From assembly GCF_009914755.1 (NCBI RefSeq), contig NC_060937.1: 64,000 nt of DNA. The stretch is one strand, 5' to 3'. Position 1 is the first letter of the stretch. Each line of letters starts with the position of its first letter. This document shows positions 13,058 to 28,670 of the stretch, in pieces. The translations under genes and the position numbers were made by a program. Source of the DNA: the human T2T-CHM13v2.0 reference genome, Homo sapiens. The notes below the pieces were generated by a model, which was not told the origin of the DNA, did not search any database, and saw only the letters and a program-made list of their open reading frames with translations.

Positions 13058-16000
13058 TTACTGTAATATTTATGATACAGTGAATATGAAAATGCACTGG
13101 TCAGAAGGCACTCTCAAAGAGCCGCACTGCTCCTGACATCGTCCTTAGCAATGAAATCACAAAGACAGCCAAAGCAGTCCTGCTTCTTGGAAATCAGAAG
13201 CTGCCTTTATCACATATAAAGCCAAACAGGGCATAACCATGTCACGTGAGCATGTCATCAGGCTTCTGAGGACTTGTTCTTTATAAAAAAAGACCTTCAC
13301 AAAATATCTTGGCTTAGAGATAGCAGTCTTTATTAACAAAGGCCACCTAGGCTGACACCTGCAGATAATCATCTCCTTTTCTTTGTCTATGTTGTACATT
13401 TTCATGATATAACTTTTAACTATGTCTAGAGAAGGCAGGCTCTGCAAGAGAGGTGCCCTTTCAACCCGCTCAGTGCCCTGGACAGGAGATGCTGTGTTAA
13501 ACTGTTAATGGATATCTATATGAGAAGCTCATTTTTGTATGCTATCCCTGCAGTTTTTTTTTTTCTAACAGGCCCATGTTTGAGAATAAACAAGTCTGTG
13601 ATGTCAGAGACAAAGGTGTATTCTTCAGTCTGCAGGTGTGTGGCACCTCCCTTCTCCCCTGCAGCCCCCCACATCCAGAGCCGTTCCTGAGAGTGACATC
13701 ATGCATCAAGAAAACATAACCTTGGTCCTCAGGTGAACCCTTGGAACATTCTGTGACCGCCTGATGTCCATTCTGAGCCACCTTGGCACACATGCTTACA
13801 GGCAGCACTGCTAAGGGTTCAGGTGCCCCATGGCTGACAGCCCGAGTTGCTTCTGTGGACCATCATGCCGCTCGGCACGTCCTGAGACAGAAGTTGCTGC
13901 AGGAAGGAGCTTCTGGAGAGGTCCTGTGGCATGTGTGGGGGTGTGTGTGTGTATGTTTCCTTCTTGAACAGACATTCCAACTTTAGATGTGTTTATAGAA
14001 CTGACCTTTTTACTAACAAAATACAATGATATATGTTGGAAACTACTTAATATGCTTTTCCTGCACACCTTAGCAATAACTGTAGGGGTCTCTGCTAGAG
14101 TTGTTTGTATGTACAGCAATTTTGAACAAATTGTTTTAAATGTAATATAAGAGAATTAGTTTAAGGAAGTAAAGAGAATCATTTGCTTGTGTTACATTTT
14201 CAGTGAGGATTCAGTTTAAGAGTCATTCTTAGGACTTCCATTTCCTAATATTTATTCATGGGTAATGCAGAAATGGTTTGCATTTTGTGGCCAGTCCTAA
14301 TTTATTTTCCAGCTGAGCCCTAACTTCCGGCTCCCACCTACCTCCACGGACTTCCTAACAGAGACTTATGAATACCAGGATGTGTTTTTGTTAAGTCAGG
14401 TTCAATTCGTTGCCCCTGTCAGTTTTATAGAGTGTGAGGGTCACTCCATTAAAGATCTCTCCTGGGTGGATCCTACTTGGATGTTCAGGTGATTTTGAAA
14501 ACTGCTAACATTTTTAAAAGGCTAGAACATCCTTTGACTTCTTGAAAATCTGCATGTCTGGCTTGGGTTTTATTACCACATGCCTGAGTTCTTCAAGAAT
14601 GGAAGGCTCAAGTATTCTCATCTTCCATTTGCCAAACTTCCTTCCTGATTTGAGTCACGTGTTCCACTTGGAAAGAAAGGGAACAGAGAGCCTCCTCCAT
14701 GGACAGTGTATGAATTTCATTGGGAATCTTGCTCTCTCCCGCCTCTATGCCTTTCTCTCTTTTTAACCTTACTTTACATAATATTATAGATGGGCCAAGA
14801 AAAGAAAAGATGACATAACATTTTGATGAATTTCACCTATTCCATTCTTCACGTTTCAGAATTGGTCGACTTTGTTAGAAGATAATTGAAGTAGCCTTGG
14901 GTCAAAAGCAACCTTTTCAATTGTGATCATACCTAAAACATATAAAAACCCTGCCGTAGATTAAAAGCAATTATAAAATCATAAAATTGAATGTTTGCAG
15001 AATCCTGGAGCAGTAGATTTCTTTGTCTTTGGCCTGCGGACTAGAAAGAGGGCAGCAGTAGTATGCTGGAGCTTCCCTGGGATACCAGCCACATGGTTTC
15101 TTTTCATTAGATCTGATTTTTGTTTCCCACTGTAGATCTGATTTTGTAGTTGAAAACATTTCACCACCATCAAACACTATTTCTGAATATTGTGCCTTTT
15201 TATACCTAGCCTAGATGAAAACCGATGCCATTCTTATTCAGAAAATCCCCCCATCCTACATGACTGTTATCTAGACATAAAGCAAAGTGCATTTAATTCA
15301 AAATTTGGTTCACAATATAAGTATTTTGTAAAAGCCAGCTGAACCAGCATTTTATCAGGTGGAAATCTCTGCAAGCCAAATTGCTGATACTCCTTCATGC
15401 AGATCAACTTGGTGTCCCAGTCAGAATAGAACAGCATAATTACCTGGAGTTAGGGGGAGTATTTCTGCACTATTACTTGTCAGGGAGAGAAGAAACTTAG
15501 AATTGTCCCTCAAAGGAGTGTCAAGAAGTATGAATAAATGTCCTTTCACCAGCTCACAGGCCAGAAATGGAGGACCCAAGTCAACTAGGTGAAACTACTA
15601 GCAGACCCAGCTTTCCCATAATAACCTAATCTGCAAATTGTTCTATTAAAGTCTCATTGTTTTCAGGATGCAATGAAAGTGGATTTCAAAAGGCTTTGGA
15701 AAAATAAGTGGAACATGACTGATCTTGAAAAAAAAAGCAAAAGCTTAAATATTTGATACAAGTTTACTTAGCTACAACATACTTTACATTGTTGCCTTTA
15801 GTTATCTCACAGGCACTGACATTTTATATTTAGAAAATACTTTTAATCTTTCTAATCTTTTTTTGTAAATATTAGTGTCCATTCTGTATGACTCGCTAAC
15901 CTACTTTGCAAGGCTTTGGGCAACATTTTAGCTCATTAACTTCAAGATGATGTGTCATCTGTATAGGTCAAAGAATGGGACTTCTGAACTGAGGAATTTG

Positions 16001-16143
16001 CTGTTGACAGCCAAAGTATAGTGTACAAGATTGATGTAACTTGATATGTATTTTTGTTGAAGTTTTTTGTAAAAAAAAATTATTTACAATGTTATTTGAA
16101 TGATTTTTTTAAATGCTGTGAATCTATATTTGTTGTTTTATAT

Positions 16144-16149
16144 ATTAAA
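16144..16149 (+). terminator. Probable SPATA13 poly(A) signal ATTAAA
   Basis: Variant hexamer at the end of a U-rich block, just before the switch to GC-rich sequence. Confidence 0.6.
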
Positions 16150-16749
16150 ATTCATTTGCCAAACTCGTTCTGATGATGCATTTGAGTAGCAGCCTTTAAA
16201 AGGAGGAAGTGGAGAGCTGGGTGCGGGGGCTTCTGGGATTTGTAGCTCCTCTGCTGCCCTGATGTCCCTAGACTTCTCAGTGGCAACAACTCATCCATTC
16301 AGGAGCTCCATGTAACCACTGGGTAGGCGTGGGAGAAGGGGGGCTCCGAGGGCAACCTCGGAGGGCACCCTGGCTTGAGAAACGTCAGTGGTTGGAGTAA
16401 GAGGGATGCGGAAGGGAGCAGTGGGGCGGGGCCGCTTTTGCTAGGGATCATGGAGAGGAGACAGAACAACAGACTGTGCCCTCTGACTGCCCCTGAAGGC
16501 TAGGCCCTGCCACAGGAGCTGTGCTAGTGGCCCTGCTCACTCGCCCTTTGCGGGTGGGTAGATTAGAATTTCCTTCTCCAACAGCTCAGAAGAGCTAAGT
16601 CAACAGCCCATTGTTTGCTGTGGCTGTAATCAGAAAAGGATTCCTATGAAGGCTGCCAAGTGGCTACTGCCCACTTTTTGTTTACTCTTAATATCCACCT
16701 GCTTCCCAAAGTGATCTGCTCCTCCCAACCTTGGGCTGCACTGGGGAAG

Positions 16750-18030
16750 GGCGGTCGCTAGGGTGGGGAGGGGGCGAGCCCCAGAACCCATAGGGCAGAG
16801 CATAGTGGCTCCATGTATAGGAGACAGTGAAAGAGATGGGGGTGGCATTTTCTTCCAGGAGAGTTGTGGGGAGATGACCGTTAGGTCATAAGCGCGCCCC
16901 TACTCTGCACTGGCGAGACCAGCAAAGCTGGAGTGAACCCAGCTGAACCTGGGCCGCAGCAGCCCCGGAGGCTGGAGGCGCTGCAGTCGGGAAACACCAG
17001 GAGGATGGAGCCCTTTTCCCTGTAAGCAGGAGGCCAGGATCCTGATTCCTGAGCCGGCTTCCCACGGACCCCAGGCCCCGGCAGGGTCCTGGCGGGAGGA
17101 AGAACCCACGGAGTGAGTGGGGTGTCAGCAAAGCGGGGCCGCAGGGCAGGTTCTGGAAGCCTCTCCGCGTGGCTGGGCTGGAGTGTGCAGACGTGGGAGA
17201 GCCCGGAATGGGGAGCGCGTGGCCGGTGGAGGCCCGAGGCTGTGCTTCCGTCGCTGGCTCTGAGGCAGAGGTCCAGGCCGGCAGGCTGCCCAGGTGGTCC
17301 TGTCTCAGAGCTCTCCGGGGCGCAGAGGCGCGGGAAGCGGGGAAGGGCCGGGCAGCGAGACGGGTGTCCCCAGCAGGAGGTCGGGGACCCGTCGCGCGTT
17401 CCGTCGGGGCCGCCTGCGGTGCAGGGGTCACAGACCAGCCACGCGAGCAAGAGGGAGCCCGGCCAGAACTGCTGAGAGCCCCCAGCGGAGCTGGGACTCA
17501 GGGGCTCCTTGCGTTTAGCCACCAAGAGTGGGGGCAGGCTGCGGGGTGCCGGGGAGAAGCCAGATCTCACTCATTTTACACCGACTAATTAGATCCCGCC
17601 GCCCACCTGGGACCACGGCATTGTCATGTCCGCTGCACTGACGGGGAAATTGAGGCACGGGGGCGAGTAAGGCGGGAGAGGGAGTCGGCGCCGCCGAGCT
17701 GGGGCGAGCCCCGCACCCACCCGTACACTCGGCCTCTGCCCCTGCTCTGTGCGTGGGCTCCTGCTCTGTGCGTGGCCTCGCCGCCGAGCTGGGGTGAGCC
17801 CCGCACCCACCCGTACACCCGGCCTCTGCTCCTGCTCTTTGCGTGGCCTCCTGCTCTGTGCGTGGCCTCTGCTCCTGCTGCGTGCACTGCGGCATCTCGG
17901 GAAACCGGGCTGGGCTCCTCTGTCCTCTGGAAGCTACTGTAAGTTTTAGATAAATGTTACTACTAGACACGAGGAAAGTGAGTCCATGATTACTGGCATT
18001 GAACAAATGGTTGCACCGCGTTCTCCGTGG
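16750..18030. promoter_or_regulatory. CpG island between SPATA13 3' end and C1QTNF9
   Basis: Visibly high GC and CpG density (gcgcg, ccgccg runs) outside Alu sequence. Confidence 0.8.
17689..17868. repeat. 90-bp tandem duplication with internal ~20-bp subunits
   Basis: ccgccgagctgggg..agccccgcacccacccgtacac recurs at 17691 and 17781. cctgctctgtgcgtggcct subunits occur within each copy. Confidence 0.9.
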
Positions 18031-18285
18031 TAGGTGGAGTGTGTGATTGTGAGAGGGGAATGGACACTGAATCCTTACCTACACAAATGCCTAAACTCGT
18101 AAGGCATTACGACACACCCATCTGAAAATCTAATTAAGCGGTAGGAATTCTAATGGTCCGGGATCCAAATGAGACCCAGCCACTTAACAGTTAGCAGCCT
18201 TCAGTTTTGTCCTGTTGCCCGTAATTACCCCAAGGTCAGGGAGAAGCACTGAAGCAAAGGCATGAACATCACTTTGAAAAAGAAA

Positions 18286-18385
18286 GGAGTTAATGGGTGC
18301 AGCACACCAACATGGCTCATGTATACATATGTAACAAACCTGCACGTTGTGCACATGTACACTAGAACTTAAAGTTCATATATAT
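18286..18385 (+). mobile_element. L1PA extreme 3' fragment
   Basis: gagttaatgggtgcagcacaccaacatgg...cttaaagt, closely matching the L1 3' end at 56930-57020 in this window. Confidence 0.85.
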
Positions 18386-18619
18386 ATGAAAGAAACCTGC
18401 CTGGGGCACTCCTTCCTTCAGACTCCCCTTGAAAGTATTCCCTCATTTCATTCAAAAGGATTTAACTTTTCTAAACTAAGTGGTGCTGGTAGAATATGCT
18501 ACCTGATTTACGTGTTGCTGTAATTCTTGAAGCTCTTCCAAGACATCTTGGCCTTCCTCTGTTCCCTCCCCTTCCTGCTATTTTGCAGACATATCCACTG
18601 GGGAATTGTATGGCAGGAA

Positions 18620-18695
18620 GGCTGATTTTATTTAGCTGGCCCTTGATTCTTGGTTTGCACAGTATCTGGGTCCAGCCTGCAGCCCTAGGGTCCAG
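18620..18695 (+). other. C1QTNF9: Candidate non-coding first exon of C1QTNF9
   Basis: Perfect donor CAG|GTAAGT at 18695/18696. The first coding exon has a splice acceptor, so an upstream exon is required. The start coordinate is a guess. Confidence 0.55.
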
Positions 18696-18977
18696 GTAAG
18701 TTCATCAGGAAAGGATTTCTTTACATTCAATTTAAGCCATCTAGGTCCTAAAACAACGCTTATATTATCTGTGGGATAATCCTGCTTAGTTATTTGCAAA
18801 ATAGTCAGATGTCTATACAGTTTTGGGTAAGAAAGGGGTAAGCCGCTTTCAAAATTCATTCTTGAGGAAGAGGCTAAAGAGGAGATAAAAGCAGATTTTG
18901 AAATTCTTCTGCTGGAACTCTGCAATTGGCTGGGAGGAGAGAGAAAAACCATAGAATAAGTCATAAGAATAGTGGGC

Positions 18978-19527
<550 letters not shown>

Positions 19528-19708
19528 TATGATGGATCTTTTTAAGAGAGCTTTCTAGAGAAGCTTATAGATTATTTTGCACAAATTTTAATGTGTACTT
19601 TTTTTTCCTGATCAGGTTCATCATATTCAGATTGTACACATTTTCATTTTTATGGCTATGCTAATTTACAGTGCAGGAAAAAAATAACTGTCAAGATATG
19701 TTGAAGAA

Positions 19709-20185
<477 letters not shown>

Positions 20186-21748
20186 TCACTCAGCTGATTT
20201 CTAGCAGGTTTACATTAAATCTTAGTTTTGGAGAGTTAAGAATCTTGAGGAGTGATAACCTTGGCTGTAGAATTAAGGATATGATGTTCTTGGAGAAAAT
20301 TAATCAGGAAGAGGGCACTGGGTGACCATTTATCAAGAGATTCTTTAGCAAAGGACAGATATAGGTAAAGAATCGGAGAATGAGTCAGAAATAAGTGAAC
20401 TAAATAAGAACACTATTTTGGGGGGACTAAAAAACATTAACTTCAAAGTTATTTGCAGTCTGTGTCCCTTTGCCCTGACCATGCCAGTATGTCTGGCTCA
20501 TGCGGTCACAGCATTCTGCAGAATGATGGCCTCTATTCTCTATACATACATATGATATCAATGTATAGAGATCTTGTCTTGATTTGTCCAAGGCAGTGAC
20601 TGTTGTCGCTTTTTACATATATTACTGGGAGGGTTGTATGCCCAGTGAGTCCCCAGCAGCTGTCACTCTGGCTGACTACAGATGTCTGCAAGCCTCCTCA
20701 CTTCTGAAGAGCGGCCGCACCTTGGGCAGCGCATGCCTTGAATTAGGATGTGGGCTCAGCTGTGTGTCAAGACCCCAAATAACAGTGGCTTATGCAAGGT
20801 AGAAGTCTATTTCTGTTTCATATGCTTATGTCAAAGATGTGCTGGCAGGTCTGGTCTGTGGAGTCATCTGAGGCCAGGGGTTTTTCTATCCCCAAATTGT
20901 TGCCCTCCTTCAAGGAGTCCCACATGGTTCACCATGCCATGCACACCCCCGCACAGGAAGCGGGAAAGGGCGCCCCCTTACCCTTTAAGGCCGGTCATTG
21001 CACACAATTACACGTCTCACTTTTGCTCATCCCCATGGCCCGTAATCTAGCTCATGGTCATACCCAGGCTGCAAGGGAGGCTAGGGAGGGCAGTCTATCA
21101 TGGGCCCCTAGAAGCCCAGCTAAAATTTCTATTACTCTGGATGAAGGTAAGAAGGGGTGTTGGAGATTACTAGCAACTCCACGAAAGCACTGACAAGGAT
21201 CAGAGTTGATACCCAGTCACCTTCCCAAGTGATGGTCCACACACAGTTGGAACCAGGATAGTATTTCTTGCATGCCTGCATTGATTCATTCAACAAATAC
21301 TTGACTGAAAATAAGGAAGTAGAAAAATGCAGTCACCATCTTCATAAAGCTCTAACCCAGGTTGGTGCCTACTAAGTGATCATTAGTCTAGGTGTGGTGT
21401 ACAGAGTAAGTGGGGACTGGGGAGGACAGTAATTCAGATAAGAGAGAGAGAGTGGATGATTGCAGGGAAAGATGGGAGACAGAAGAGGCTCCTAGCTCTA
21501 GTGCCTTCTGGGAAAAGACCAGACCCAGAAATTAAAAGTCAAGAGTGTAACTGTAGTTGAACTAATGAAACTGAGGGTCCAACCCATAGCTTTGTGAGAG
21601 GCACAAATGTAATTTTTTATTTTTCAAAATAACATTAATATAATTTCTTCTATATTCCTTGTGCAAATCCTCAACCTTCTACATTAAAGAAGAGGCTAAA
21701 TAGGAGGTATAAACTTGCTAAAATTTCTTATTAAAAAATAGTGCCAAG

Positions 21749-22210
<462 letters not shown>

Positions 22211-23334
22211 AGAAATAGTGGCACAACTTACTTTGCTACGTATTTGGGAGAACGCATATTAGTTAATCAAAATCATTTGCTGAAGGTTGTCTACATGCTG
22301 TATAAACAAGCTAGATAGACTCTACCTACATCAAATATGCAAAACTAGTGAAATAATTACAGAAGAGTAACCATTTGCTTCCAGGCTGGCTTCTTCTTCC
22401 CTGGAGAGCAAATTGGAGTTTATCCTAACCTGACACCTTTATGATCTTCTGATCATTTTATTCCTGGAATAGTTGTACTCCACATTTTGAAAAGTTAAAA
22501 TGAAAATTATAGAACCCTCAACAAAGTTTGGTTGATGGAATTTCGATTTGACTGCTTCCGGCCACTTCTGAGTTTAGCAAAGGAGGCTCGTGTATATTCT
22601 TCATGGAATTTGGCTCCAAGAAAACTCAACTCAATTTCCTGGAATGGAGCGAATTTGTGACTTCGAAGGGAAGCATCTGCATTTCCTTTCCCAAAAATAC
22701 TCCATTTGCATTAGACTGCTCCCTGTGACATTTCCACCAGATGGCAATACAGTCTTTGGATGACAGAGAGTCTTGCTGGTTTTCAAAATCTCTAGAAATA
22801 TTTGTGTAGGCACTATAAAAAAGCATTTTTTATAAATGAAAAGCTCCCATAACTGCCCCCCATTCTAAAGCAACCATCTTTATTTGCATATATTCACTTT
22901 GAGTTTTTGTCAATATTCATACAGTCGTAAGTACATTTATAATGTGCATGGCATTTTAGTCTACTATCAAAATTCAGCACAATGTATATCATTTACATAT
23001 TTCTACATGACCTTCATAATTATTGCAGCAGTTACATACTATTACACATAGTAAACCTTTCCCCTATTGTTACATAGTATGTAGTATGCACGTTTTCACC
23101 TGTTATAGATAATGCTGCAGGTAATGGCACACAATTGGCACACAGTTTTGGAACATTAGGAAGAATTTTAGGGATAGCAATACAGGGTGAAAGACATAGA
23201 TGTCTTTTGCTCTTTAACTTTTCCAGAAAGATGTGCAGATTTACATGGCTATCAGCACTGTGAGAGGATCTGGGTTCTGACCAGTTGCACTATGCCCACG
23301 TTTTTGTTTTACTTCATTTTTTTAAATCCTAAAA

Positions 23335-23925
<591 letters not shown>

Positions 23926-24074
23926 TATATATAAGGAAAGGACTTGAAAATGCATTTCTCCCGAACTAGGTGATGTTTCCGTGTGTGTGGCCCTTCTTCA
24001 CAGTGGCCTCCTAGAAAAACAAGACCCTGACTCAAAGAACACCTCTCACTACAGTAAGACTTCTTGGAATGCTT

Positions 24075-24660
24075 TACTTTTTTAAAAATTTAATTTAATT
24101 GTTTAATGTGGTAAAAAATATATAACATAAAACGTAAAACTAACCAGCTTAACCATCTTAAGGGCACAATTCAGTGGCATTATGTACGTTCTCTTTGTTG
24201 TGCAACCATCACCACCACCCATCTCCAGAACTCTTTTAAAATCTTCCCAAACAGAAACTCTGTACCCATCAAACAACTCCCATTTCCTTCTCTCTTCACC
24301 TCTGGCAACCTCCATCCTACTTTTTCTTTATATGAGTTTGACGGCTCTAGGAACCTCTTATAGGTGAAATTATCCAGGTCTGTCTTTTTGTGACTAGCTG
24401 GTTTCACTTCGCATAATGTTCTCGAGGTCCATTCATGTTGTAACATGTGTCAGAATTTCTTCTCTTTCTAAGGCTGAAGAATATTCCATTGTATGGACCT
24501 ACCACATTGCATGTATCTATTTATCCACTGAGGGACCCTTGGGTTGCTATGGAAAATAATGCAACTACGAACATGGACATCTGTTCCAGTCCTTGCTTTC
24601 AATTATTTTGTGTAGATGCACAGCAGTGGAATTGCTGGATCAGATGGTAATGCTATGTTT
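24075..24660 (-). mobile_element. Old L1M 3' end fragment
   Basis: L1 3' UTR-like reverse sequence (tttctaaggctgaagaatattccattgtatgg). Confidence 0.7.
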
Positions 24661-25079
24661 GCTTCACTACTTGGAATGTGCCTTTATGCATATCGTGATA
24701 AAATTTGATCTGTACGACAGTCCTGTGAGATAAGTAAGCATTGATCTCTGGTTCAGAAAAGTGATTTCTTCAAAGTGAAATGATGAACGGAAGAGTATCC
24801 TGACCTTAAACTTGGCTTTTTAAATTGCCCGTTCACCTTGAAGAGTGGTTCCAATCACAAGTGTTACCTTCCAAGGACAGTGTCATTCTGGTTATAATCA
24901 GCTTGCTCCCCTGCCCTGAGCCTTCTGTCCAAGTTTGTGCAGGTGTGGGTCTGGGGCAGGGGACAGCTCATCCATTTCCCACTGCACGGAACAGAGGCTG
25001 TGTCCAGGGCCCCAGCAACAAAGATTTCTCCTTTGGGTTTCTGTTTCCCTCTTTCAGTTCAGAGTCTGTCATCTGAACC

Positions 25080-25245
25080 ATGAGGATCTGGTGGCTTCTG
25101 CTTGCCATTGAAATCTGCACAGGGAACATAAACTCACAGGACACCTGCAGGCAAGGGCACCCTGGAATCCCTGGGAACCCCGGTCACAATGGTCTGCCTG
25201 GAAGAGATGGACGAGACGGAGCGAAGGGTGACAAAGGCGATGCAG
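25080..25245 (+). CDS. C1QTNF9: C1QTNF9 first coding exon: signal peptide and start of collagen domain
   Basis: Acceptor ctttcag at 25056-25057, acc[18 protein letters not shown] signal peptide, Gly-X-Y repeats, and donor G|gtact. Confidence 0.95.
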
Positions 25246-26328
25246 GTACTCACCTGACGGCTTCGGCTGCCTTTCAACTTCTCTCTTCATTCCTTTCATC
25301 TCATTCACTCATCATCTGTGTGATTTTCCACCTACCCACTCACACCCCATCCATCCATACATACATCAACCCAGCAACACTCACTGGAGCCTGACCCCAT
25401 TCATCCATCCACCCATCTGCCCAGCAACACTCACGGGGTCTGCTCCATGCCAGACTCTGTGCCAGGTGCTGGTGGAGAGCACAGGGCAAGATCGCCATGA
25501 CCCCTGCCCTCCTGGGTTCTCTCATCTCTGACACCGCAGAACATTTTCAGTAGTATACGATGTCATGGATCCTCCCATCTCAGGTGACAGGTATGATGGA
25601 TTTTTGGCAACAAAAGGCTAATAGAGAGATCTGATCACGAATTATTTGGCAGCAAGCACCCAGCTGCAGTGCAGGTGAGAGCTAATACCGCATCATGCCA
25701 TGAAGCAGGAGATGCGGAGTGACAGATGACACAAAAGGAGACGAGAATCTGAAACCATACAGCTGCTGCTTATGCATCTATATGACCTAGGTTGGGACCC
25801 TGTCCCAGGGTCTGGGGATCTGGGGGACAGGATTCAGCCTCTGGGAGGGAGATTTGCCAAAGCTGAGAAGTCCGAGTGGTTTCCATAACAACAACCAATA
25901 GACTTGGTTTCCGAATGGGGTACCATTCTTGAGGCCTGGTCTTGACCATAGGGTAACATATCTAAGGCATATGCAGAATGATCCATCTGGGTTAAGGGCA
26001 CAGTTCAGTGGCATTACAAAAAAATATATCAAAACTTCTATGGACCTTTTTAAAGATAAGTTTGTGTTTCTAACACATCTCAGCTTATGGCATTTGGTGG
26101 CCTGATGATGTTTTGAGTGGGCTGGATGAAGCCAAGGGTCACCAGGAAGCAACATTCTTTCTAACCACCATCCTGCACATCTGCTCTGTGAGGTGTCTTC
26201 TCCTGGCTCACATCTCCAGCTCATTGACACTGTTCCAGTCCCCAGGTAGCAAACAGCCCAGTCCAAATGAATAGCAAAACCTTACCATTAATGAAATCAG
26301 GTCTTCTGCCCTCACACTGGGACCACAG

Positions 26329-26330
<2 letters not shown>

Positions 26331-26360
<30 letters not shown>
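26331..26360. repeat. (GT)n microsatellite
   Basis: About 15 GT units. Confidence 0.95.
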
Positions 26361-26362
<2 letters not shown>

Positions 26363-27893
26363 TGTATTTCTGAATATATAAGATTTTCATTTTTTGTTAT
26401 AAAATTTTACACACAAAAGGAGATAAATAGGTGATAGATAAAAAATAGAGGACAAAGACAAACACTCCTATATTCAATACCAAATTTCTCTACCTCTTCC
26501 CTGTTGAATTTCTCTCCTCTTTTCTCACCAGTGTCCATTCTTTCAAGTTTTATATACTTCTTAGAAGCAAATTATGTATCTATTTTTCTACGTAGTTCAT
26601 AGGTATTATATATAATATATATTACTTCTTAGAAGGATATTCATTCACATTGCTCACACTAAAAATTTACTTCATTTTTATCTTATCTTAAAGTGTATTT
26701 TTGTATATGTTTTATACCAAACATATTTTCCATATACTACCTGTGCATAATGTAGAAACATATAAATATCTACTGATTGGGGTCTGTGTTCATGCTTTGT
26801 GAGTTGTGGTTGCGTGATCATGAAAGCTCAGAGGCCACCGCTCTAGAGAATGGGAGAAACGAGAGCCAAGCAGGGAAACAAAAAGAGGGAAGGAGAGGAA
26901 GACACAGGGGAGCAGCCAGTGGAGGGGAGGGGAGGGGAGGGGAGCGCAGGGAGGGGCAAATGTAGGGATAAGCCCCCTCCATTCAGAGGTCCCACGCTGA
27001 CCAAGGCCCCACTCAGGAGCGCTGGTGTCCCAGGAGAACAGACATCGTGACAGAAATAAGTCTGCCTGTGTCAGTCCTGTCTCAGGACCTGCAAGCCGGC
27101 CCAGCCTGCCCCTGTCGCCCCACAGCCACGTCAGTGGGTCTGAAGTATGGGAGTCTCTGCTGCTTTGTGAGAAGCCAGAGTCTGGGGTGAGCTGTGGCCC
27201 AATGAGCACTCTACTGCCATAGCCAGAGCCACCTTCAACCTGCTGACGGATAGCACGCCGACCTGGAGCTCAGGGGGGCCTGTTCTGAGCACAAGGACTT
27301 GAGTGTAGTCAGCAGAGCCCCACTCACCTGATGTTCTCTGCCAGCTTGATTGGTGGCATTTCCCCCAGTGTAAGGCACTAGAGGGATCCTTCCAGAACTC
27401 TCTCTTCTATCTTGGGATAGTGTCACGTAACCATAGTCATCTGTGTTTTCATAGGAGCCTAGTAAATCTTCCGTTCCACTCTCCTCAAGAGTAATGGAAG
27501 AGAAACAGAGTGAGGAAACCTCCTGGCACCTCCAACATTCAGACCACGTCCCAAGTCCTTGTCGCAGGAGAGGAACACAATCGTGACAGTCAGTCCCCAT
27601 TGCACACACTCCCTCTTCGTCCTGTCTTGCTGTGCGCTCTAGGCACGTCCTAGAGATGGGCGCTTGGGAAGTCACTCAGTTCATTTCTTAGGTCACTTAT
27701 CCCACGCAGCTCAGCACCCCAGATGCCCGCTCATGCCTGCCTCTCTCCACCTGCGCTTGTGTGGAGGACAGAGTGCCCGTCAGGGCGGGGGTCACCCCCA
27801 GACTCTCCAACACACATGGCTGATGGAGACCAATGGCCAGAAAAATCAGAAATGGAATTTCAACTCATGCCTGTTTTCTGCTTTTCCACCTAG

Positions 27894-27956
27894 GAGAACC
27901 AGGACGTCCTGGCAGCCCGGGGAAGGATGGGACGAGTGGAGAGAAGGGAGAACGAG
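27894..27956 (+). CDS. C1QTNF9: C1QTNF9 63-nt collagen exon (GEPGRPGSPGKDGTSGEKGER)
   Basis: cctag acceptor and G|gttagt donor. Seven Gly-X-Y triplets, phase 1 to phase 1. Confidence 0.94.
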
Positions 27957-28332
27957 GTTAGTAGTTCCTATTTATGGTGCTCTAATTCTGAGCTGTCGAC
28001 TATTTAACAATATTACCATGGACAAGTCCTCCATGCTGATTATAATCTTACAATAAAGGCAACACAGTTCTTACTCTCCAGACGGGGGGATTCTGCAGGG
28101 ATTGGCAGGCTTTGCAGAGGGCTGGGTAGTAAATATTCTCAACTCCGCAGGCCATACAGATCTGTCACCACTACTCAACTTCCCCTTGTAGTGAAAAGAA
28201 GCTGTAGATGCTCCATAAATAAGCATGGCTCTGTTCCAGTGACACCATATGTGTGAAGACTGAAATGGGAATTTCCCATGGTTTCCATGTATTGTGGAAT
28301 ATTATTTGTGACCATTTAAACATGCAAACCAT

Positions 28333-28670
28333 GGCCAAGCACCATGGCCCACACCTGTAATCCCAACACTTTGGGAGGCCCAGGTAAGAGAATCGCTTGA
28401 ACCTAGGAGTTCCAGACCACCCTGGGCAACATAGTAAGACTTTGTCTATACAAATAAAAAAAAAATTAGCTGGGCATTGTGGCACGTGCCTGTAGTCCCA
28501 GCTACCCAGGAGGCTGAGGTGGGAGGATCGCTTGAGCCTGGGAGGTTGGGGCTGCCATGAGCCATGATCTCGTCACTGCACTCCAGCCTGGGTAACAGAG
28601 TGGGTGACCCTGTCTCAAAGCAACAAAAAAAGAAGCAGACAAACAAAACCCAGAAAAACAAAAAAACATG
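28333..28670 (+). mobile_element. AluJ, probably inserted in a MER58-like DNA transposon (28130-28725)
   Basis: Dimeric Alu. The flanks resemble MER58 (gcaggccatacag..., tttggcctgtggctgtagtttg). Confidence 0.75.

Noticed and set aside
13508-13690. 60-aa ATG ORF with a hydrophobic stretch in the SPATA13 3' UTR
   Set aside because: The hydrophobicity derives partly from a T run, and there is no other coding evidence.
17689-17868. Repeat-spacer (CRISPR-like) appearance
   Set aside because: This is human DNA with contiguous tandem units, no unique spacers and no cas genes.
16881-18006. Multiple long overlapping ORFs (up to 229 aa) on both strands
   Set aside because: Expected stop-codon scarcity in a CpG island. 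Low-complexity Pro/Arg/Gly content and mostly non-ATG starts.
25063-25079. Alternative tandem acceptor giving an in-frame SPATA13 fusion to full-length C1QTNF9
   Set aside because: An in-frame TGA at 25074-25076 precedes the ATG.
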